64,000 nucleotides of DNA from Lingula anatina. Its lineage: Eukaryota; Animalia; Brachiopoda. Positions within the stretch are counted from its first letter, which is position 1; every line of letters begins with the position of its first letter. Below are positions 25,524 through 39,662 of this stretch, piece after piece. Position numbers and translations under genes: made by a program. The notes beneath the pieces were generated by a model. The model saw only the letters and a program-made list of their open reading frames with translations. It was not told the origin of the DNA and did no database searches. The stretch lies in assembly GCA_051362555.1 (NCBI GenBank), contig CM120645.1, positions 18,476,001-18,540,000 of the forward strand, read 5' to 3'.

Positions 25524-26690
25524 ATGAATGTGGCGCAGATAACTCCAATAAAACCAGCTGTCAACGTTCACGGAATGACATACGACAGCGAAAACCCAAG
25601 CCTACCCACGACAAGACGGGACAGTATGCTACGAACACTGAAGGAAGATTTATGGACGAAATACAAGTCCACTAGAGAGATAGCGAAAATGCATCGTAGT
25701 CAAGGTAAAATGGGTAATTTGAGAGTTCATAAATCAGTGGCAGATTTTCGACAGATCAAAGGAAAAAATAATGTGGAAGAAGGCACTAAATCTCTATCCA
25801 CCAGGCGTTCGTTTCCAAGCAATCTGCACAAAATTGTAGAAATGAAACCCGCGACCTGTTATATCTCTAAGAGGACGAAAGATATGAAAGAAACTCTGCA
25901 GAAAATGGGTGCTTGTGCTTCGCGACAAAATAGCAGGCAGCGGTTGTTAGTCAATAGTTTATCAGCTTCGATCACCTCTCGGCAGGAAAACGCCATTAGC
26001 ATGAATGATGATGTGGTTAGCAAAAGAAAACAGTTCGTTCAAAAGTTGTCCCGATTGAAGCAAATGGGCAGTAGCACCAGCTCAGAATCTGAGCTAGCCT
26101 CTGACGGCAGCCCCTCCGATAACGCTGGATTAGGCATGCTCAAAATGGCGGGAGTCCTGAAAAGAAAGTTGACGCTGAAAAAGCTGGGACTTTCAGCTGC
26201 TAAGGTAAGATATTGTCTGAAAATGTCTTTTTATCATCACTGTTGCGTTCTTATTCAATCCTGAGTCAATGTTAATACTTATCAACCGAGGAAGTGACCT
26301 TAAGGTCCTGAAGATCATTCTGTCAGATTGTTTTATATAAAACAACAAAAAGATTCCCATGTTAAATAGTCTTATTGTGCCTAGCTAAAGAATGTGCAAT
26401 AACAGTTCTTATAATAATGACATGACCTTTTTGTGGGTCCTGATGAAGTGTAGCACTGTTACGCTCCAGACTGGCGTGATTATCTGTATAAATCCATATA
26501 CTATCAATCAGGGTTTAGGAGTATCAAAGTAATAACATTTGATGGGGGTCGGTATCAGCAGAGCAAATATTGGCTCAGAATGAAGGGCTCAGAATGGGGT
26601 GACAAAACAACATTTAACTTCCGCCGTTGCCGTGTATCTCTAGTATGTAAGAAAGCAGTACATGAGAGGTGACCATGTCATATCGTTCTA

Positions 26691-26731
<41 letters not shown>

Positions 26732-26845
26732 GTTTTTGCTTGTACATTAATTAATTGACGTAAAAAGTGTCAGGTGATTTACAGAATTTCTTCAATAATT
26801 ATAGCATATGCAGTTGTCGGGGAAGACAGACACGCGGATAGTTGA

Positions 26846-26894
<49 letters not shown>

Positions 26895-27877
26895 GTCTTC
26901 AAGCTTGTCTATTTCATCACCGCTTGCCATTAACTAAATAAGAGGATATATCGACCACTTCCTCCCTTGCTAAACACCACCCTGTTAACTAAGCCCTTGT
27001 AAAGTAATGCCACATGTAGAAGTTTTTACTGAGTGTCAGATATTATGAGCCCTACTCTGTGGTAGTGAGGCTGGCGACATTCGTTGTTTTGGGCTCCAGA
27101 AACACTTCCCAAGCCTTCATGTGAACACTATTTACGCTATTCATGTACCTTTATTTGACGTAAGTCAAAATAAACACGGGCATTCATGTGGGAATTATCG
27201 TTGTCAGATATTATATTGGTCCATGCGTTTAAACATAATTATAAATTGAATCATTAAATTGATACATACCGGGGGTCTACATCTGATAAACGTGGTAAAG
27301 AAAAATCAATCTATTATATTACCAGCCTACATGTACCGGTATCTATAGGGGGAATGCCAGTAATGCTAGCAGAGTATGAATTACTTTGTTCAGTTAATGT
27401 TAGAATTAGTTGTTAAGTTAATTTCATACCAATTAATTTAAAATGGGTTTAGTCTTGTTACACAGAGCAAAGATTGTTTCTTGGTCGCAAGGAAAATCGG
27501 CAGATGTCGTTAAATCAGAGACTCTTCTCACATGATGTTAACAGTTCTTTTTTCCATTCTGTCTTTAAAATATCCTCCAGCTTGGGGAGATCTTGTCCAA
27601 TAATCTTACTTGCAGTTTTTACAACATTGGTTAGTTTTTGCCTTTCTTCCCCAGTAGTCCCGATATACCAGATTGTACATGTAATATCGTACGCCAGGAT
27701 ACTTTCAATCATACACCTGTAAACGTTGACTAAAAGAGGCACACATGCACACAGCTACCGGTAAATATAATCTGGGAGTTGTATGAATCCTCGTGTAAAT
27801 AATTTACATGTCATATCTATCTATCTATCTATCTATATATATATATATATATATAATCATCTCTATCTGCCTCTTTG

Positions 27878-27925
<48 letters not shown>

Positions 27926-30900
27926 TAATTTAGGCTAAATTATAATTGGTATTGTTTAACTTCACATATATATGTATATGCATTTTACAGCCCTCTCCAA
28001 AGCCGCCACGCAGTTTCCGTCGCCTTGCCCGCTTCGTCGTTATCTTCTTCAGAGTGTGGCGTCTGCACTCCTTCAAGATACGAACCACTGTCCAGGCCCT
28101 TACTACTTCCACGGGGAGCAATGCTAGAGACGTGGATCTCCTATTCGATAAAAGTATTTTCAAGGCAAATAAAGAGGTAATAGTATTTCACCTACCTAGT
28201 TAATGATCCAAGAAGTACACAGTGTATCCTACGATACCCGATGTCGTTCAGTGACAAACTTCTTGTGCACTTTTGGTGTGGTCTTCACGTTGTTCTTGCC
28301 GCAAAATAATAATAATAATAATAATAATGATAATAATCGACCGTTCAATTTTGATGCGACGTATGACGTATTTTTAAAGTATTTCTAATTGCATCTAATC
28401 TCTGCGTCTCTGTGTTTTAATGCGCGCTTTCATGTTGTGCCTGGTGTAGTATTTTTGTGTATATCGGGTAAATATTAAGAGAGCAGTAGTACAGTAAAAT
28501 GATAAAATGAATCCCAGTGTTTCAAAAACTGCTGACTTTGGGGCATTCCACGTACGATTCTTTTAAAGTATTACAGTTAATTGAAGTATACTGTTTAAAC
28601 CAAAGAAAATTATTTTAATATGCAACGGTTTCTATTCCATTTTGATATCTGTAGATGCGTCTATCTGGTGAAACGATTCGTATTCTCAGAAAAAGACCGG
28701 TTCAGCGGACTGAGGAAGAACTGCACAATGTAGGTACACGTTATCGTGAATTTCAGGTTTTACTGGAAATCAATGGCTTTCATAACTATTTAAGGAGGCA
28801 TAAGTATTCAGAGATTTCATCACACCCCACAGTCAACATTTTATATTTTCTTTTCGAATAAATGGACGTGATGTTTTCTAGCGTGGTGTATAAAGCATGC
28901 AGAAAATCAAATCAAGGAATACATTTGTAACATACGGAGGTCGTTTTTGCGCCTTTCATCACTGACTGTTAGCTGTTGATAATGTTGGCTGAAAAAGTCA
29001 GTAGGTCTCTTAATACACTGACGTAAAACAAAACAAAAAAAGGAACAAAAAATTAATGAACAGTCATTTTCTTATCCAGTGTAACAAACAGAACGGTTCT
29101 GTAAACGGCGATATCTATGTAAAGTTGTATGAAAATAAAGGAAAAAGGGTCAGTACATCTCAGATTTTGGCTGTTCAACCTGTTATTCCTTCAATTCAAT
29201 AATAGAAATAATGATCTGCACGTATTGATTTTTACCAGGTAAAGGTGGCATTAATGAACTATCCCTCCATCTCCGAGTTCCCGGTGCAAATGCAGGAAAT
29301 GATAGTGAGGAAGGCGTGGTACGACACGTAAGTCACTTGATGAGTCCACGGGGGTGGTCGAATTCAATTTTGATATGGAAGGCTGTAAATGTCTTGATTA
29401 AAAACGGTGGGTTTACTCTGAGTAATATTTGTGTCAATTAGCAGATAAAGTAGATATAAGCAGAGGTATTAAACTCATCTGACAATTTTGTTATTAGTAA
29501 GCATAAGATACATAACATAACATTATATATTTATGATTAATCTGTATCCTTGGTTTCTACATTTTGCGATAGGATTGACGTAGAGCGAGTTATCGTCAGG
29601 GAGGGACAGAGACCACTGTATTTTTACTTCATCCTGTCTGGCACTGGTAGGTTTTTAAGTAATCTCTCTCTATCTCTCTGTCTCTATCATTCTCTCACAC
29701 AAAAACGCACAAACAAAAAGCACGCATGCAGGGGTAGAAGACACGGGTTTGAAATTGACACCTTTAATCTAGATTCCTATTTTTATTTCCATAAATGGAA
29801 ACGCAGAACTAATGAATGTTTCGCCCAGCTTGACTTACTCCCCGGTATTCCACACTCACTGCATCAAACGACTCTTTTCAGTTGTTAAAAAAGTAATGGA
29901 CGATGAGAGAAAGCAATCCAGAACATTGGCTTTCCTTTCGAGAGGGGAAAGTTTCGGAGATCAGGACATTATCGAACAGAGACCACGTGACTGCACGATC
30001 ATTGCTATGGAAACAACTGAACTCATGTGTATGTCTGCTAAGGTTAGTATCCCGCCATCTTTTTTTTTTTTGTTTGTTTGATTTGCCATATCGTGTTGCT
30101 GCAGATCCAAATAACAGACTCAATTCATTACGCTTTCATATTTAGGAATAACTATCATTATTATTATATATATAATCTTTTTTTCTAGGATTTTGTTGAG
30201 ATTTTCCAGTCCGGAGGTTTGAAGGATGTAAACGATCCATTCTTCCAGTAAGTTTTTGAAGCTTGTTTTTAATCTTGTACACCTGATAAGTTATATGAGT
30301 TAAATATTTAAGTTCGTTTTAAAATAATTGGATGCTATTCTTGTATGCACTCTGGAAACAAATTATTCTTTGATAATCATACACGGATAAAACTGAATTA
30401 TCAATTTTACCTGCCCCGAAAAATATGCAATTTATGATTTTTTATAGAAGTGTCAGCTGTCTGCAAGGGTGGCCCCTTCACTTGCTTGCCAACAACCCCA
30501 AAAAAGCTGTTCTCAGGTTTTTTAAGTAGGTAAAATTTAATAAAATGCAGATGATTTGATATGCTACATGTAGTACTTTTGATTTCCAAAGTAATCTTAC
30601 TGTATTGATGTGTATAATTTAGAATTTGTATATGAATGATGCATGGATGTGTATACCCTTAATACATGTACGTACCTGTAATGTAACATTTGGAAATATT
30701 GTTAACATATTAAGGTCACACACAAAGATATTCTATATTTCAGGCGCGGTATGGTACTCGTCAAGGATAGCAGCTCGTCTGACTGGCTTTACATCGTAAA
30801 GACGGTAAAACCTTGCTTGGCCGCTCGTTTTCATGAATCATAATATAATGTTCGTGTCAAGGGAGTGTACGATTGTGGTTGAGTTCGTGGTGGTTGGGGT

Positions 30901-33900
30901 GGGGGGGGGATTATAAGACCACCACCCGTACAGAGTCATGTTGAGTGCCACATTGGCAAGAAGGCTATGAAAGGATGCATTTATCATGCATATACCATAT
31001 CGCTGTTGTTACAGTAATATATATCTCATTCGTTTTGTTATTCAGGCATTTTCCGAACCGTTTTAATTGTTTCGGCTTGATTTTTAAGGGAAGCTGCAAA
31101 GTACTTAAAAAGTTGAAGAAAGCACAACCAAAACTGAAAGTTCGAAGACCAAAAGGTAAACGAACTTAAAACTTGCGAATACAGGTATTTACTTGTGGTT
31201 GTAAGTTGACTTTTAAACGTAGGCTTACGTGCCATTTCTGTTTTGGGGAATGTTACAGTTTTATTGCAGTGTTTTAAGGTTCAGTGGTAGTTCTGCTAAG
31301 TTCTGAAACTGTAAAACTATTCTGCTTAATTATTTGTTCTAAAATATGCCACATTAATATTTTAGTAAAAATTCCAAAAGCAGAAAATCTTATGCCACTA
31401 AAGCAGAACATCAATCCTAGAATCCCCCACACGGATTTGCTGGATTCGTGGTTACAGCATGAGGTGGACAAGGTCACTGCGTCACAGACCAATCAACGGG
31501 GGTTTTACAGATATGACGAGCCAGAAATTAACGTAGGGACGCTGAGCACGTACCGGAGACCGTCTGAACTTTCTGTAGTGCGGGAAAACAGCCTAATTCC
31601 CCAGTTACCGGTACGACATTAAAAAATATAATAGTGGGACGTTTAACGGGCCGTATACGGGGTTTGTTTGTACTCATAAATCTTACTGTTTTCTTTGTAC
31701 TTGTAGGTAGCCCGTGCTCTCATTGCCAAGACATGTTACATTCTTTTGTAATAGTGGGATTAATACCACCGTACTTTGTATTAAACGCCAAGTGAATAAA
31801 GCACTGAGAACACGAAAAGGTTGAACCAAATGAATAAAAAATGACCTACATGTATCATTATGGCATTTCTGAGCGTGGCATATAGAATGACAATCGGTTG
31901 GTTACCAGAAATTTGTCAAGGATGCCAGGCAAATTCTAATACGGTCCTTTGAACGTCATCCACTATAGTTCTTTCTGTACAGATCTGACTTATACTGAAC
32001 AATGTAGGAAATATTCACTTTCAATACACTATACCAATCTTCACGTCACTTATTGCACTCCTTATAATATTTCTGTACAGATCTGGCATATACAGTACAA
32101 TGCAGTAAATATTTACATTAATTCCACGACACTCGTAATATTGATTAGATTTTAACAGTAGATTTTTTCTTTCGACATATTTTGACATGTATTGGGGTAT
32201 TGCGTTGGTATATTATTTCATTCAGGTAGCGTTTCTATCCTGCGACCAAAAGCAATGCAGTAGTTGAGACGGTAGCGTTAGTTGTACATATGCAACTCGT
32301 GTATCATTTAAATTCTCCTCAATGAAACTCAGAGCCAACGCATTTCCCCAGAGTATGTATAGTCTAGCAGCACCTTACTCTTAGATATAGAAGCGTGTGT
32401 CATTCACTGTAGCCAGCACGTTCCGCCATGTTTTCAGCCTCCACAAATAAGCAAAGGTAAAGTTGGGGGCACAAGCGTTACCGCTGAGCACAATATCACC
32501 CCTGGGGGAGAACGCCCCGTGAACACCCAACTAGACACTCCCTGTCACGATACTTTAGATGTAGAAAATGTGTCACACGCCTCTCTAGCAGGCAGACAAC
32601 TAACAGGGGACTCGCTGTCACATGCGGACAGTTGCAGTCCCGCGCTCAGCAGTGCGTCTAAAAAAATGGACAGAATTTTACCAAAGGTATGTATTTGATT
32701 ATTTGGTGACAAATGAGATAAAGTGCCCTTCTCAATTTGATTTTCATTAAAATTTTTGTTTTGCTTGTTTAAAGTAAAGAGTGGTGTCTGTGATAAATCG
32801 TGATTTAGGGGTTTATGCATGGGATCTCATTTTGGAGAGAGATGACCATCATTACACTGTAAACACAGTTGGATCCTTTTTAATGAATGATAAGGGTGAA
32901 GTTATGGGATTTTTACTGGAAACAGGAAATGCGAAAAATCCGATTTTTACAGTATATTTCTCAACGTGTACTGTGCTTAAAACCTGTGCTTTTTTTAACG
33001 TACGTACAATCAGACATGGTGCTTTTTTCTAATTTTCTTAACATTTTGTTCAACGATTCGTGTGAACTTATCACGTCACGGGTGTACATGAGGGCATCTT
33101 TCCATTTTTCAGGGGCCTTTTCTGACTAAAATAAACAAACCACCACGTAATGGCCCCTCCTCTCCGAACACGACAGACCAAGCAGCGGAGCAAGCAGAGG
33201 CTGTGGATGAGGCAAATGTCGAAGCGAAGACAGGTACATGACACCTTATTGCAGATAACGCTTTCTTGGAAAAAATGACGAATTTCATATCGCTTAAAAG
33301 TTCTACTTTTGGTGACACTTTAAATTGCTTTAATTGCGTGCAATCTTTTGTCAACGATAACAAGAGCAAGACGCTCTTCAAATAAGGATCATCTGAAAAA
33401 ATAAAACAATTAATCGTTTTTGTTTATCATAGATTTTGATGGTGAGCAACCTATGAAAAAGGTGAAGTTTACGGAGATTTTGCCCAAACATCGAAATACA
33501 CACTCTGATTATGGCGCCAGGCCCAAGGATAAGGAAGACCCAGCCATGTTTGTGACAGTGAAAACTCTCACCAAAGGCACAGTATTTGTACGTGTCACCT
33601 TTTTAGCCCATTGCTTAAATTAAATTCTATCTGTCTGTATGTCTGCTTGCCTGTCTGCCTGCCTGACTGTCTGTCTGTCTGTCAATGGAAGTAGGTACAT
33701 GTATATATTTCCATGGTCTGCATAAATGTCTGACTGTCAATCAGTCATTGATTAATGACAGAGATAAAAAATACGTATTGTACGTACGTAAGCAATAACT
33801 TATTTAACTGTTGTACCTCATTACGGTTGATAGGGCCTTACTGAGTTTATCTATGGGAAGCAGACGAGGCTTAGTCTGGTCAGTAATGGCGCCGAGTGCA

Positions 33901-34397
33901 TCATGATTGAAAAGAAGTTCTTCTCTGAGCATGCACCACAAGCTTTAATGAACAGATTGCGGGAAGAGGTAATTTTTGCTTTCATCTGATCAGTTTACAA
34001 AATGAACAACAATAATTATTTTTGATATTTACCCAGATAAGTTAGCTACTATGTTTTTCTGCCAATGTCCAGATTTCGAAGTCTGTTTCCAGTTAAATAT
34101 CCGTCTCCAAATATCTTTGGATAAAAAGAAATGTTGTTGACCACTTTTACCTGTGACCGTTAACACTGACTGCATTAGTTGAGACAACGACCACAATCAT
34201 GTTTTCAGATCTTTCCTTTCCCTGGCGATGAGGAGTTACAGCAAGGTTTGCAGACACGTGTCAGCTGGGAGGCACACAAACGGGCAGCTTTCAGCCAAAC
34301 CATACGAGCAATACAAATGAAGAAGACAAATGTGCAGGACACGAGGATGAGGATGACAACGAAACATATCTCTGAACAGCAAACATTTACGTTCTGA
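25524..34397 (+). CDS. Cyclic nucleotide-binding domain protein (CNBD2-like), 15 coding exons: join(25524..26204,27991..28176,28655..28729,29239..29327,29573..29646,29882..30042,30189..30247,30448..30525,30744..30804,31089..31155,31366..31610,32438..32686,33113..33233,33433..33587,33834..33968,34209..34397) lists 16 segments including the first exon
   Basis: All introns are GT-AG and phases join into one open frame. CNBD motifs RVIVREGQRPLYFYFILSG, LSRGESFGDQDII...RDCTI and a second domain RGMVLVKDSSSSDWLYIVKTGSCKV...LTKGTVFGL...LSLVSNGAECIMI; the FDKSIFK and ILRKRPVQRTEEE blocks are typical of invertebrate CNBD2-like proteins. Confidence 0.85.
26696..26892. repeat. (CT)n and compound (CT)n(GT)n microsatellites
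   Basis: Runs at about 26696..26728 and 26845..26892. Confidence 0.95.
27480..27735 (-). mobile_element. LINE remnant (Rex-Babar/L2-like post-RT region) in CNBD2-like intron 1
   Basis: VYRCMIESILAYDITCTIWYIGTTGEERQKLTNVVKTASKIIGQDLPKLEDI matches the FYR..IESIL.Y.I.VWYG......L.RVVK.A.KIIG..LP.L.DI pattern. Confidence 0.75.
27814..27925. repeat. (ATCT)n(AT)n and (CT)n(CA)n microsatellites
   Basis: Visible runs just upstream of the second CNBD2-like exon. Confidence 0.92.
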
Positions 34398-34708
34398 ATT
34401 ATTCAAAAACTGTTGTTTTTTATCAAAAAGTCTTGGGTGTATATATAACAAGTTGATATTCCTGGGGGATTTTTGCAGGTCATAGGGATGGAACTTTGAT
34501 CTTTTACAGCATTATTTTCGTCAAATCAACACCAAAGCTAGGAGTATAGTGAGACTGTTTATCTTAATTTCACACACTTACATTCGGGTGTCTTAATACA
34601 TTTACATCTGTCGAAGAAGGAGCAGGTAGAGATGAAACTCTGCAACAATTCAAGCGCACATATCCATTTTTTAATATTGGGGCCTAAATTTCTGGCGTGC
34701 CAATGAGA

Positions 34709-34711
<3 letters not shown>

Positions 34712-34742
<31 letters not shown>
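34712..34742. repeat. (CA)n microsatellite
   Basis: Visible run. Confidence 0.95.
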
Positions 34743-34747
<5 letters not shown>

Positions 34748-36511
34748 TATCACCCCACATACTGAAGGTTGTGTTACTGTGATAAAAGGACCGATACATC
34801 ATGCATGTAACATTCCGGACACAAGGAAGGTGTTGTTTATTTGCTCAAAAAATTCACCGTTGCCAAGTGACTATATTCTTTTATTTTACATTTTATTTGT
34901 TGGGGGATGTCACATTATTACATCATTCACATTAAGAGTGCAATGCGCTAATGTAATCAATTCACGAAGCCGCTAGGTACACTGTATGTTCCTAGAGTGA
35001 GCACCGAGCCGGGAGCATGAGGTACCGTGTTAACATTGGCCATTTGGGGTTTAATTTCATCACGAAATGACATATCCATGTACATGCGTGCCGCAGGGCA
35101 CAAACCAATGACTCTGTTGGTGTTTGCGTGAGAAACACCTGCCTCGAACGGGAACATTCACATTGTGCAGTGTTTTCAAACCATTTCTGTCGCATTATTA
35201 TTGACGTGGTTAGTTGGGGCAAGATCGTCCTCGGTTTTTGTGTACAATGTGTGCGAATAGAGCGAAAGCAAGCTGAGGTGTGCCACTGTTGGGTTAGAGC
35301 CTGATTATCTTAACCCGGACAATGACGTTAATCAAACTATTTCAGAGTGAGTTTAATTCCAATGCTGAGCCCTAAAGTACAATACCACATTTGTTTGCCA
35401 GCTGATAATAAATAATGCACGCAATAATTTCATGTTTGTGAAAATATTAACTCTTCAATGTTAAAGATGTTTGCCTTATGACATAACACAATCGAAATCT
35501 GTATTTAGTTATGTGAACGCCCGTCAATACCATTAGCTACAATATAAAAATCCTTTCAAAGAGGCTATTGTGTTTCTTTATAAATCAATCGGACAAAGGC
35601 TCCCGTTACATTGCTTTATCAGCTTTACAGACTTAATTAGCACAGATAACTGTGAGTTTCTGCATTCATTTGTGCGTTAAGCATTTTTCTTGTTTACACC
35701 TAAGCAAAATAACCAACTTTCTGCTCTGACAACATTACAAATGTCAACGCCATGAAAATGTTCAGTAAAATTTAATGTATGACCTCCTTTCACAAGGGTG
35801 ATATTCATCTAAATAATGTAGACTATCCTGAAAAGAAGAGTGTTGTTCAAACGTGCGCTGGGTTTGATAGGAAGACCTGATCTGTATCATATTTGCGGCC
35901 ACCAAAATAACAATGCAATTATGTACGGCAAAATAAACATCGTAGTCAGTCATAAAACGTCATTACAGTTTGGACGTTTCTGCTATTTTATTGAGTTGTT
36001 CCTATTGGCGTACGTACCTTCTAACAAAGAACAAATTCGACGTGCGCCTTGTGTTCAACATGTAATATTTAAGTGATCTTCGTGCCAGTTGATAGGAACT
36101 TCCGGGATTGACAATATCGTCACAAGACCTACAGCTTCGTTCTTTGAGGACTGTACATCCCTGAGTAGTGGGTATCTACTGTTCTGTCTCTGATTGATTA
36201 TTGACGCACTGTGAAATCATTAATACAACATTGGTATAACCAGTGGCCAAAGTCCCACTTCAACTGATTACAACTGACGTCTGCTTGTCATGCTAAAAGC
36301 AAAGACATACGAATATCTTCATTAAATGCCACTGCCCACAGCAGCAAACTGTTCATATGGCTTGTAGACATCGCCTTTGCAGCTGTTTGGATCTTAGAAA
36401 TTGTTTTGATCTTAAATCAAGAAACAATGATTTGATTATGACTTCATTAAATTTATTGAATGAAAGGTAGTGACGAGCAGAACTCATAGATGTAAACTTC
36501 AAAAAATTATA

Positions 36512-37382
36512 CACTGATTCTCAATATACGGGTCTAATTGACGAAACAGAAAAGTGAAAAATTAAGTTAGAGATGTTTGGCGAATTCTTTTTTTCTGAGG
36601 ATCTGGTGACAGAAAGTGGAAAATTTTAGAATTCATGCCTTGTTAGTATGTGGATTTTTGACATTCAGTAACGAAGGTTTTAGAAATAAAAATTTTTTTA
36701 AAAATGAACAGCCCTTTTGATAAAAATCGCATGGTTATGAATAATAAAAAAATTACACTGTACTAAAGAGGTATTATGAGATACACCTATATTTTACTGG
36801 CACACGTTGTTCCCAACGTAAAGTATGTTTTTCACAATGCCTGGCAACAAATGTTTCGCAAATTACTCTCATGAGAATGCAGTTTTGCCGTTTTTCGTGT
36901 AAAACATTTGACTGTGCCCTGCCACCATATCGTCTAGCTCAGCATGGATGTAACTGAACTGGAGATTTTATTAATGGCTATAATTACAAGGAACATCAAA
37001 CAGCTAAAAATAATGACCTGCGCCAAAAGACACTAAGGAGGTTTTTCCAATTTTTTAACACCGCGAAGATAGCCGCAAATTCTAGATATTTTCTGAAACG
37101 TTCGGCATCATACTCGCTTCCTGTCAAGTTGCAAATTTTCAATAAACTAGATAGATTATGAATGTGACATGATGCTGCAAGCACCAGTAACAAAGGTTTA
37201 AAATTTGGTCCCATTTTTTTTTTTTTGACAAAGCAGATAAACCTAGTAATTGTCTTTTCAGTGATTTAAGTTGCTAAACTGATGTAAGTAAAGTTCCACC
37301 AGGATAAACAATTCTTCGGTTAGCTTACGTGTAATGAAAATTTAAAAAAATGTTAAATGGATCTATATATTGAGAATCAGCG
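36512..37382. mobile_element. 871-bp non-autonomous element with CACTG terminus and 3-bp TSD (CACTA/EnSpm-like)
   Basis: ATA|CACTGATTCTCAATATA ... TATATTGAGAATCAGCG|ATA; 16 of 17 terminal bases complementary, continuing imperfectly to about 30 bp. Confidence 0.7.
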
Positions 37383-39662
37383 ATAACAATATAGGTTTGT
37401 GTCGTTCACTATTGTTAATGAAACATGCGATTTGCATGTCTGATTAACAATACTGATTCAGAAAGTACCGCCCCTGAATTCCAAGCAAAGAAAACGGTGT
37501 AAGAATTATCATTCACACTTATTTCACTAATTGTGCATTAGCAGAAGGGGATACCTTGGTCTGTCAAAATGCGTCCTTTAAAATTGACAGCCAATTAAGC
37601 TGTTTTTCCCTCAGCTGTAAGACATTTCATGTTTCTTTAAATCAAGTTTGTGGCAAAGCTGTGTAACATACGTGTCCAATTTTTTTTCATTACAAAATCG
37701 GGAAATGTGGTTTGCGTTGTTTTAAGAATCCCCATTTCTTTGTAGATAGCCCAAACTCTTTTTACATTTTATGATAATCTGGGACATTTGTTGAAATCTC
37801 CTATTACGTCCTTAGAATGATTAAAATTTCATATCTTGTCAAACATAAGCATTTGGTCTCGAGATGAAACTGATCTAAACGTTCAATCGGCTCAAGATAC
37901 ACTGTACGACGGGAAAATGATTTTATAAACATAAATCCATTATGTTTCCTGAAATTTGTTATGCCCGGTAAGCATAAAAAATGTTGTGCACTAGGAATAT
38001 TACTCTTCTCTTTTCACGTTAAATTCTCGTGCACTGAACCTTATATTCAGATCTTACTAACTGGGTTTTATAAGCCAGGTATCCACTAGGAGTCAGAAGT
38101 GAAGTCAAGGCCATGTCAGCATCCTGTGAAATTGAGCGGAAAGTCAAGACGCCATTGGTCTTATAATCTTGTAATAAATGCTTTACTTGATCACGAGTAG
38201 CCCACAAATAATCATTTTAATTATTTCCACTCGATTCCGGAGCAACAAAACAGTTTCCAATTTTATTATTTGAGGTTTATTCTAGTGATTACTAGCAACA
38301 TCTAATACAATACATACCTTTATACATATCTTCCTTTTCTTGCAGATACAGTATAATTACTTTTCATGATCTTTATTAAATGTTTTAGTTTTAATCCATT
38401 CAAAATATCCCTCAGACCATTTCGTGGATTGGAGATATTTTTAGTCATGGAGCAGATAGAAAACTGAAAGAAGCAGCGACTTTACTGCAATCTCATTCGT
38501 TTTTTCTGTAACAAGCTAAACTTACTCGTCCCAGAGCACCCCATGTAGACAAGTGTGTATCGTAGTCTTTTTTCTGAATTCGCCATATTTGTCACAGCAT
38601 TTGACATGAACATTTCTAGTGGACATGAATTATTCCATGCCGCGTGTGTTGTGTGAGATCTTAACAAACTCTTCACCCAAATAAAATCTGATTAAACCCG
38701 AATGAACCATTTGAATGATCCTATATTGGTTTTGTATGGATTGAACTCTCACAGTGAAGGGCAGCATTCCATTTAGGATTTTCAGCATGTTCCTCCCCCT
38801 ATGGCGGCCTGGGAACCGCGCGCGCTGTGTCATGTGTAGAGAAACGAAGAACAGCATCCCGCTGCTATCATCTGTCGCTAGAAATCAATAGGATGAGAAA
38901 ATCCTTCTACTGATTAGCTGTATTTTGGTTGGTATTGGACTGTTACACCACTCAGCTTTCAACGGATTAGGGCGACCTGCTGCCCAATACAAAGATAGGG
39001 TGGAACGAAAGTTTACGCTATTCGAACTTAATATATATATTTTAAATTCTTTGAGAAAATAACCTATCGTTCTGTAGGTTGTTTATTTGTCAACCACGCT
39101 GATGACAGTGGTATTTCAAATATAAGTGGACTTGAAAAGTATGCTCAAAGAAATGCCATAGAAACTTCATTGATAAAAGGCCACTTCAATGAGAATTGTT
39201 AGGTAAATTTCGGCACCCTCTCTCCACGTCCTTGTTGAGTATAGACGCAGCATAAGTATGTGTCAGTTGCTGTAGCTGTGCGTGCTTTGTGAAGGACCAC
39301 TGAAGTATCATTTCCCGAGCATGTACCCGGGAAAGAAACCAGTGCTTCAATCAAGGCATCTGGTTAACTCTGAAACTAGTGGGAGTTGTTGGGTGATGGT
39401 AATATTTTTCTAATTACACCTCCAACTCGTGGGAGTGATAGTAAAAGAAATTGCAACCTTTGTAAAAACTGTGTACAGTTCGCCATAGTGTGTGAAGGGC
39501 GATAGGTATAAACACTTTTTTAAATCCCGCTTTTGGCGAGTGTTTTGCCCTAGCACGAGACTCCAGCACCAGGGCAGCTGAGGTTATTGCGATACTCATC
39601 ACCTTGGGAGCTGCCAGCTTTGAAGTTTTTTTCAGTACATCGGATACCTCCCAAGGCACAGC

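Noticed and set aside
38480-38860. Possible CR1-like 3' remnant on the minus strand
   Set aside because: Resemblance too weak to support without a profile search.
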